Origin: Malassezia furfur
Taxonomy: Eukaryota
NCBI GenBank assembly: GCA_052055015.1
Contig: JBQJIT010000015.1
Reading direction: 5' to 3' (one strand)
DNA length: 64,000 nucleotides
Under the pieces are notes generated by a model, which saw nothing but the letters and a program-made list of their open reading frames with translations, was not told where the DNA came from and searched no databases. The first letter of the stretch is position 1. Each line of letters starts with the position of its first letter. The position numbers were made by a program, and so were the translations under genes. This document shows positions 57,847-64,000 of this stretch, in pieces.

Positions 57847-58818
57847 TCATGAGGAGACGCGCCATGTCCCGAGACACTCGATGTGTGCCTCGGTATCCGC
57901 ACTACGCATGACCTTAGCCAGGAACGAGGTCGGGTGAGGGGGTATCGAGGTGGTAGTGTGGTCGGACGGCTTGCATGTAAGCTCAACTAAGAGCAATGGA
58001 TGTCCGTGGGCTGTCGTGGGCACGACGTTGACGATATGCCATCCCGCAGCATCTTGGCCTGCAACTTGCATGAAGAGCATACACTCAAGTGTCGTGCTGA
58101 TTCGATACATTGTCCGTACGGCATCTTGACTTGTTCCCTGCCGGGAGCGGTAGGCCTGCATCAGCGCCGCGACATGGGCATCCCTTGGGTTGCACGTCGC
58201 AACAACAAAGCGCGTCGTGTTTTCTGCGTGAGCATAGGTAGGCATACCGTTGGAGTTTTGGATCCCTCGGACTAGGACTTGTGCGTTACTCAGTTCTGCT
58301 GCAAGCTCCGAACCAATGGCCGCGTCCATGTCGGACTGCAGAAGAGCGACGGCCTCAGCCGTCGACGGAGCTTCCTCGCGCGCCGCATGTGGCAGACGCT
58401 TTGCGAGGAACTGGGAGCATTGCCCGAGCGCCTGGGGGTGACTACGGACCACACGCAGGTTGCCAAGTTGGGCTGTGACATCATGCGAAGCTTGCCGAAC
58501 GATCAGCGCGTGCGCAATACGCAAGTCGACTTCCTCGACGATCTTGAGTGCATGGGGCCCAAATGTGGCCTCATCGCCCAGGCAGGCAAACGTCTCGAGC
58601 ACGGGCCCCTGCACGCTGTTGCTCAGCGGCACCACCACGACGATCGAGTGCGGGGCACGCGGGGCCGGAGCGATGCCTGCCTGCACAGCCGCGTGGATGG
58701 AAGGATGGGCGTGCAGGGTCACCGCATTTCCGCATGCAAACTGCCGCGCCGCCTGGTGTGAATAGGTCCCGAGCGGCCCCAGAAAAGCGACGCTGACGGT
58801 ATCCGCTGGGACCTCCAT
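57847..58818 (-). CDS. PHA2: Prephenate dehydratase; probable in-frame intron 58224-58247
   Basis: VAFLGPLGTYSHQAA, PLSNSVQG, SHPQALGQC, STAEA, IQNSN|ENTTRF. Confidence 0.9.
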   Translation of the reverse strand: MEVPADTVSVAFLGPLGTYSHQAARQFACGNAVTLHAHPSIHAAVQAGIAPAPRAPHSIVVVVPLSNSVQGPVLETFACLGDEATFGPHALKIVEEVDLRIAHALIVRQASHDVTAQLGNLRVVRSHPQALGQCSQFLAKRLPHAAREEAPSTAEAVALLQSDMDAAIGSELAAELSNAQVLVRGIQNSNGMPTYAHAENTTRFVVATCNPRDAHVAALMQAYRSRQGTSQDAVRTMYRISTTLECMLFMQVAGQDAAGWHIVNVVPTTAHGHPLLLVELTCKPSDHTTTSIPPHPTSFLAKVMRSADTEAHIECLGTWRVSS

Positions 58819-59243
58819 GCTGGTTGTACCCACGGCTTGGATGTGGGCGTTACTCGGCGCACGCGCCAAGACCGGCCGACACGTGCGTGCCAGTGCCGAT
58901 CCATCCAGATCGGCATATCACGTGCAAATGTATGTGCGGAGGGGTTGCGGGATGGGGTAAATGGGGCGGAATGTAGGAGGGAAAGTGCATTTTTGTGCAG
59001 GAGACGAATCACATCCGTTGGATCGATATGCGCCGATCATGAAAAACCTGCATGCGATTCGCGATGCACCTTCCTGGCGGCTGCATTTGCGGCGCCAGGA
59101 CATTCCTTGTAAATCACGGGGTCGCAGCTGCGGAAAGACTGGGATGCGCGCCAACCTCATAATAATGGCCCGCGTCGCCTACTGATTCCCTTCACCCCGG
59201 CCACGACTTGCGCACCTAGTGTTCTCTGCAGCGTCCATCCGCA

Positions 59244-60425
59244 ATGCAACTCAGCCTCAAGTTTGTTACCGGCCTTCTGCTGGCCACCAGCGCAGCCTTT
59301 GCTGCCCAGGATGACATTGAAGTCAACCTGCACCGTCGCAACTTGTTCATCAACGCCGGCGACCAGCTCAACATTGAGGCCTTCACCAAGCACCTGGTGA
59401 ATGTCAACAACAAGTACAAGGACGCTCTCGAGAACTTCAAGCGCAACATGGGCCACGACCACCCGCTGCTCAGCATTCTGTTGAACGGTATCAAGCGCGA
59501 CAATGGTCAGGGCAGCCTGTCGCTGACCGATGTGCAGAGCGAGCTGCTGTGGTCGGGCGACGTGACCTACGGTGGTCAGACCTTCGGTATGGACTTCGAC
59601 ACGGGCTCGTCGGACTCGCTGGCGAACCCGGGTGCATACAACCCCAAGAAGTCGAAGACGGCGAAGAACACCTGGTCGACCTTCAGCGCCGCCTACGGTG
59701 ATGGCACCCAGGCCCGCGGTCTTGTCTACACGGACAACTTCGAGATTGCCGGCCTTAAGGCCAAGAACGTTGCCATTGGCCACTCTTACACCAAGTTTAT
59801 CGAGGACCAAGAGCCCGCCCAGGGCATTGCCGGCATGGCCTTCCCCTCGATCCAGACCTTCCCCAAGAAGTACAAGCCGTTCTTTGAGAGCCTCAAGGAG
59901 CAGAAGGCGGTCAAGAGCGGTGTCTTCCAATTCACCCTCAAGGCCGGCAAGGGCTCGACGCTGACGCTCGGCGGTATCGACTCGAGCAAGTACAAGGGCA
60001 AGGTTACCTACGTCGACGTTGACCCTTCGCAGGGCTTCTGGCTTACGGACGCCAAGGTTAACGGCCAGAGCATCAAGGCTATTATTGACTCGGGCTCGAC
60101 CATCATCACCGGCCCTACTGCGCAGGTGCGCAGCGCTGTCCAGAAGATCAAGGGCATGAGCGCCTTTACCCAGGACGGCACGCTGATGTACACTTACGAC
60201 TGCAACCTCACCCCCAATGTGACCATCACTATTGGCGGCACCCCCTTCAAGCTCGGCAAGAACCAGCTCAGCTACGGCCGCACCAACGGCCAGTGTGTGC
60301 TGCCGATCGCTGGTCAGGATGGTCTGCCCCTGAACGCGTGGATCGTTGGTGACACCTTCTTCCAGGGCGTGTCGATCATTTTCGATACCGACAAGAACCG
60401 CATGGGCTTCGCCACCCAGGCCTAA
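59244..60425 (+). CDS. Secreted pepsin-family (A1) aspartyl protease
   Basis: Signal peptide, propeptide ending in KR, catalytic DFDTGS and IIDSGS, WIVGDTF. Confidence 0.95.
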   Translation: MQLSLKFVTGLLLATSAAFAAQDDIEVNLHRRNLFINAGDQLNIEAFTKHLVNVNNKYKDALENFKRNMGHDHPLLSILLNGIKRDNGQGSLSLTDVQSELLWSGDVTYGGQTFGMDFDTGSSDSLANPGAYNPKKSKTAKNTWSTFSAAYGDGTQARGLVYTDNFEIAGLKAKNVAIGHSYTKFIEDQEPAQGIAGMAFPSIQTFPKKYKPFFESLKEQKAVKSGVFQFTLKAGKGSTLTLGGIDSSKYKGKVTYVDVDPSQGFWLTDAKVNGQSIKAIIDSGSTIITGPTAQVRSAVQKIKGMSAFTQDGTLMYTYDCNLTPNVTITIGGTPFKLGKNQLSYGRTNGQCVLPIAGQDGLPLNAWIVGDTFFQGVSIIFDTDKNRMGFATQA

Positions 60426-61145
60426 GAAATTTGTTGATCATCATTGTTGATGGTACGAAGCCCACTCTTGTATCACATTAAAACCTGTTACAGTAGATAG
60501 ACATTTATCTTTCGAGATATCTGAGCTTAGCTAGTTCGACGACCCATGTTCCAATCCAATCGTTCTTTTCCTCTCGATACGCCAATTCGCGACACATGGC
60601 TAGCGCTCGACTGCAACACGAAGATGTGGATGGAATGCCCCCCGCCTTGCACACCCTGTTGCGGGGCTAGGAGCTTGGCATGGCGTGGCGGTGATGCTCC
60701 TTCTTTGGATGTAACCCTTTGTACCCTACGTAACGCATGCGATGCTCATCTTTTACGTCCCGCACGGATCGTAGACTCCATAACCATGGATATGCTCAAT
60801 AATGCAGTGCGCGCATTGGCATGCCATGAGACGAGGTAGTAGACACTGCCTTCGAGCACGAGCCATGGGCCTAAGCACTTGTTCACAAGCGCCATGTCGC
60901 TTTTCCAGGCTTGAAGAGGAATTGACACAAATATGCCACGCGTGCATTGGCTTCTACGAACACAGAGAGGGATCGCTCATTGGGACAAAGGAAAAGGAGC
61001 TCGTGGGCGTCATAGCGTCACTGTACCCTGTCTCTCCGTCCTGGTCTGCGCAAACCGGTTTAGAGTCCTTGACAGATCCTGCTCCTTCCGCTCCAAGACA
61101 AGTTAAATAGAATCGTTGGTACGCTCACCGAGACGCTAACCACCC

Positions 61146-62771
61146 ATGCGTATCACCATCCCTCTTCTTTCGCTCTTTCTCCTGGCCGCGTCCAACGTCT
61201 TTGCTGGTCCGGTTGCTAGCAAGTACGAGACAGGCATTCCCATCAGCCTTCAGCGCCGTGCACGCTTCGTTAGTGCCAACGGCCATGTGAACCTCGTTGC
61301 TCTGACCCGTCATTACAAGGGGCTCGACAACAAGTACTCCAAGAGCCTCGAAAACTACCGTCGCAACACCGGCCACAAGCACCCTCTGCAAGCGCACCGT
61401 CACAAGAAGCGCGAGCACCCCAAGCACGGCCACGGTCACCCAAACCGCAGCCGTGACAAGAGCCGCAAGGATGGTTTCGGCGGCGCAGGCGGCGGCATGG
61501 GCGGCGGTGACTGCCCTGACCTGTGTGGCCCTGACGGCGGCATGGGCGGCGGCATGGGCGGTGGCATGGGCGGTGGTATGGGTGGAATTCCCGACGGTGG
61601 TTCAAGCCCCAGCTCGCCGAGCAGTTCGGGTGGTGGTTCGGGCGGCTCGCCGAGCGGTTCGGGCAGCGGCTCGGGCGACCCGCCGAGCGGTTCGGGCAGC
61701 GGCTCGGGCGGCTCGCCGAGCGGTTCGGGCAGCGGTCCGGGCAGCTCGCCGAGCGGTTCGGGCAGCGGTTCGGGCAGTGGCTCGGGCAGTGGCTCGGGCA
61801 GCGGCTCGGGCAGCGGCTCTGGCTCAGGTGGCTCCGGTGGTGGATCGGACGGCAGCTCGGTCAGCCTTACTGATGTCGCCAATGAGCAGCTGTGGGCGGG
61901 AGACATCACGTTTGGTGGACAGACGTTTGGTATTGACTTTGACACGGGTTCCGCAGACACTCTGGCGAACCCAAGCGCCTACGACCCTCATAAGTCCGAT
62001 ACGGCGCAGAACACTAACCAGCCGTTCCAAACCTCGTACGGCGATGGCACGGCAGCCGAGGGCACCATTTGGACCGACTCATTCCAGATTGCTGGTTTCA
62101 GCGCGGAGAATGTGGCCATTGGTGTCGCGACCCAAGATTTTATCACGCCCGACCAGCAGCCCAGCCAGGGGATTAGTGGCATGTCGTTCCCTTCGCTGCA
62201 GGCTTTCCCTAAGGAATACCCTCCCTTCTTTGAGTCGCTGCGTCAGCAAAAAGTCGTGAACCAAGGCGTATTCCAGTTTACGCTCAAGGCTGGTGAGGGC
62301 TCTGAGCTGCACCTCGGTGGTGTTGACCAGTCCAAGGCTCAGGGCGACTTCAACTGGGCCACGGTGGACCCGTCGCAAGGCTTTTGGGTCACCGATGCGG
62401 CGATCAATGGGCAGCAAATTAAGGCGATTATTGATTCGGGCTCGACCATCATTTCGGGTCCCACTGACGAAGTCGGCGCGCTGATGCAGACCATCCCCGG
62501 CGCCACGCCTTCGCCCCAGGATGGCGCCACTGCGTACCTGTACGACTGTGATAAGTCGCCCGACTTGACGATCACTGTCGCTGGCCTTGATGTACACCTT
62601 TCGCGGGACCAGATGCGGTTCGGTCAGACGCAGGGCAAGTGCATGCTTCCGATCATGGGTCTGGACGGAATTCCTCTGAACGCGTGGATTGTGGGTGACA
62701 CACTCTTCCAGGCAACGACCATCGTCTTTGACATGGATGAGAACCGTATGGGCTTCGCCTTGCAGGCCTAG
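61146..62771 (+). CDS. Secreted A1 aspartyl protease paralogue with a long Gly/Ser insert
   Basis: Signal peptide, DFDTGS and IIDSGS. Colinear with the 59244 paralogue apart from a ~150-aa His/basic plus Gly/Ser segment. Confidence 0.93.
   Translation: MRITIPLLSLFLLAASNVFAGPVASKYETGIPISLQRRARFVSANGHVNLVALTRHYKGLDNKYSKSLENYRRNTGHKHPLQAHRHKKREHPKHGHGHPNRSRDKSRKDGFGGAGGGMGGGDCPDLCGPDGGMGGGMGGGMGGGMGGIPDGGSSPSSPSSSGGGSGGSPSGSGSGSGDPPSGSGSGSGGSPSGSGSGPGSSPSGSGSGSGSGSGSGSGSGSGSGSGSGGSGGGSDGSSVSLTDVANEQLWAGDITFGGQTFGIDFDTGSADTLANPSAYDPHKSDTAQNTNQPFQTSYGDGTAAEGTIWTDSFQIAGFSAENVAIGVATQDFITPDQQPSQGISGMSFPSLQAFPKEYPPFFESLRQQKVVNQGVFQFTLKAGEGSELHLGGVDQSKAQGDFNWATVDPSQGFWVTDAAINGQQIKAIIDSGSTIISGPTDEVGALMQTIPGATPSPQDGATAYLYDCDKSPDLTITVAGLDVHLSRDQMRFGQTQGKCMLPIMGLDGIPLNAWIVGDTLFQATTIVFDMDENRMGFALQA
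61478..61850 (+). repeat. Coding tandem repeats: (GGCGGCGGCATG)n, four 33-nt units (xxPSGSGSGSG), and (GS)n hexamers
   Basis: Directly visible repeats such as CGCCGAGCGGTTCGGGCAGCGG x4. Confidence 0.9.
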
Positions 62772-63209
62772 GCAAGCCTCCCCGTGACATAAATCTGTTT
62801 CCCGTTGTGCGGCCTAGAGGTCGCCTCCTTTCCATTCTAGTTCTTGTTTAGTTTCAATTGATGGGAAATTTTTCTTTCGTTCGTTGAATCAGAGATATGA
62901 AAAGGGTTTAGCATGCGGAATGTTTTGAACTGCGTATTGCCTCACATAATAGAATGCATGGGCCGTGCATCGACATCATTCAGCGCCCGAGTGCTCGACG
63001 ATCATGGCAACGTGGTGGACGGTCAATCACCTCCACTTCATTTTGTGTCTAGAGGCACGTGCGCAGATCTGTTGCGCGGGCGCCTGGCGATCATTGCGAC
63101 GTAACTCGCCGATTGAGGGGTCTGACCTTGTCCAACAAAATTTTGTGCTAAGAATTTAATTATACTCGCATTGGACATTCTGTGCAATCCTTGGCATTGC
63201 ACTGCCAAA

Positions 63210-63998
63210 TCATGAGCTTTCGTCACCGTCGTCGATGGTGTGCGCTAGCGCGTTCACGATGGCATCGCTGACGGCGGCGGTCCCTTTGCGCTGGGCACGA
63301 AGCACCTCGCTGATCATAAACGCAATATCCAGAGACTGTTCATAGTTCAGGCGAGGGTCGCAGTACGTCAGGTATCGCCTCGAGAGATCTTCCTCCGAAA
63401 GCTCCATGCTTCCTCCGATGCACTCTGTCACACCCTCGTCGCCTGTCAGCTCGAGGTGCACGCCGCCCAAGCGACTTTCCTCCTCGGCATGGATCCGAAG
63501 CGAGCTCGTGAGCTCCTTGACGATGTCACTAAACATGCGTGTCTTGATGCTCGGGTTCAGCGGCGATGAAATCGTATTGCCATGCATAGGATCGCAGCAC
63601 CAAATGACCAGACCATTGTGCTGCGAGTTCTTCACCGCACGGATGTGCGCCGGAAGTAGGTCGTTGATCTTTTTCGCGCCGTAACGCGAAATTAGCGTCA
63701 CGCGCCCTTTTTCAAGGTCGGGGTTGACAATGTCCAGGATCCGAATGAGGTCCTCGGCAGACATGGACGGACCCACTTTGATGCCGATGGGGTTACGGAT
63801 GGACCGGAAGAACTCGACGTGGGCGCCGTCCGGCTGGCGCGTGCGGTCGCCGAGCCAAATTGTGTGGGCAGACAGGTCGTAGGGCCCCTGTTCCGTGTCG
63901 CGCGTCAGCACATTTTCGTATTCGAGCATCAGCCCTTCGTGGCTCACAAAGTAATCCACAGTGCTGAGTGCATTGCTGGCGTGCCTGCCAGGGTCAGC
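63210..63998 (-). CDS. Class II DAHP synthase (5' partial; frame open to window edge)
   Basis: SHEGLML.YE, SAHTIWLGDRTRQ, NPIGIKVGP, CDPMHGNT, GGVHLELTG..VTEC, CDPRLN. Confidence 0.95.
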   Translation of the reverse strand, partial: ADPGRHASNALSTVDYFVSHEGLMLEYENVLTRDTEQGPYDLSAHTIWLGDRTRQPDGAHVEFFRSIRNPIGIKVGPSMSAEDLIRILDIVNPDLEKGRVTLISRYGAKKINDLLPAHIRAVKNSQHNGLVIWCCDPMHGNTISSPLNPSIKTRMFSDIVKELTSSLRIHAEEESRLGGVHLELTGDEGVTECIGGSMELSEEDLSRRYLTYCDPRLNYEQSLDIAFMISEVLRAQRKGTAAVSDAIVNALAHTIDDGDESS

Positions 63999-64000
63999 TC

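Noticed and set aside
60426..61145. Short ORFs between the two protease genes
   Set aside because: No recognisable motifs, atypical codon usage and no consensus introns joining them. Probably promoter/UTR.
62772..63209. Relatively long AT-richer spacer with Sm-site-like AATTTTGTG
   Set aside because: No U1/U2/U4/U5/U6 hallmark sequences were recognised, so an ncRNA cannot be supported.
57847..64000. PHA2 and DAHP synthase flanking the proteases as an aromatic amino acid cluster
   Set aside because: Two pathway genes within 5 kb is compatible with chance in such a dense genome. There is no evidence of co-regulation.
1..64000. Prokaryotic operon, CRISPR, transposon or horizontally acquired island
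   Set aside because: Spliceosomal introns and fungal orthologues occur throughout. No transposase/RT, terminal repeats or spacer arrays were seen.

Overview
Eukaryotic, extremely compact fungal DNA: GC-rich, gene-dense and with tandem secreted aspartyl proteases, most consistent with a Malassezia-type basidiomycete yeast (inference). The window holds about 33 protein-coding genes, mostly housekeeping (PRP3, BFR2, RIB1, NUS1, MSF1, ATL1, DOT1, CMK1, MCD4, NOT1, two ABCC transporters, PAC2, MSH1, RPS29, BAT, JIP5, DBP3, SAC6, PHO87/91, MTM1, DEG1, IDI1, eIF3k, PHA2, two A1 proteases, class-II DAHP synthase), plus an intron-containing tRNA-Lys(CUU). The main signal the ORF track hides is a population of ultra-short spliceosomal introns. 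I reconstructed 42 by hand: 31 are 21-24 nt and none is below 21 nt, with GTACGT-like donors and the branch A usually 6 nt from the 3' end. The two longest introns both carry extra structure. The 148-nt eIF3k intron hosts a box C/D snoRNA (U44-like guide to 18S rRNA), and the 254-nt RPS29 intron folds back on itself almost entirely. Other oddities are a NOT1 N-terminus with no AUG, overlapping convergent stop codons, CACGTG in many tiny bidirectional promoters, apparent gene conversion between the ABC paralogues and two frameshifts. No mobile elements or CRISPR were seen.
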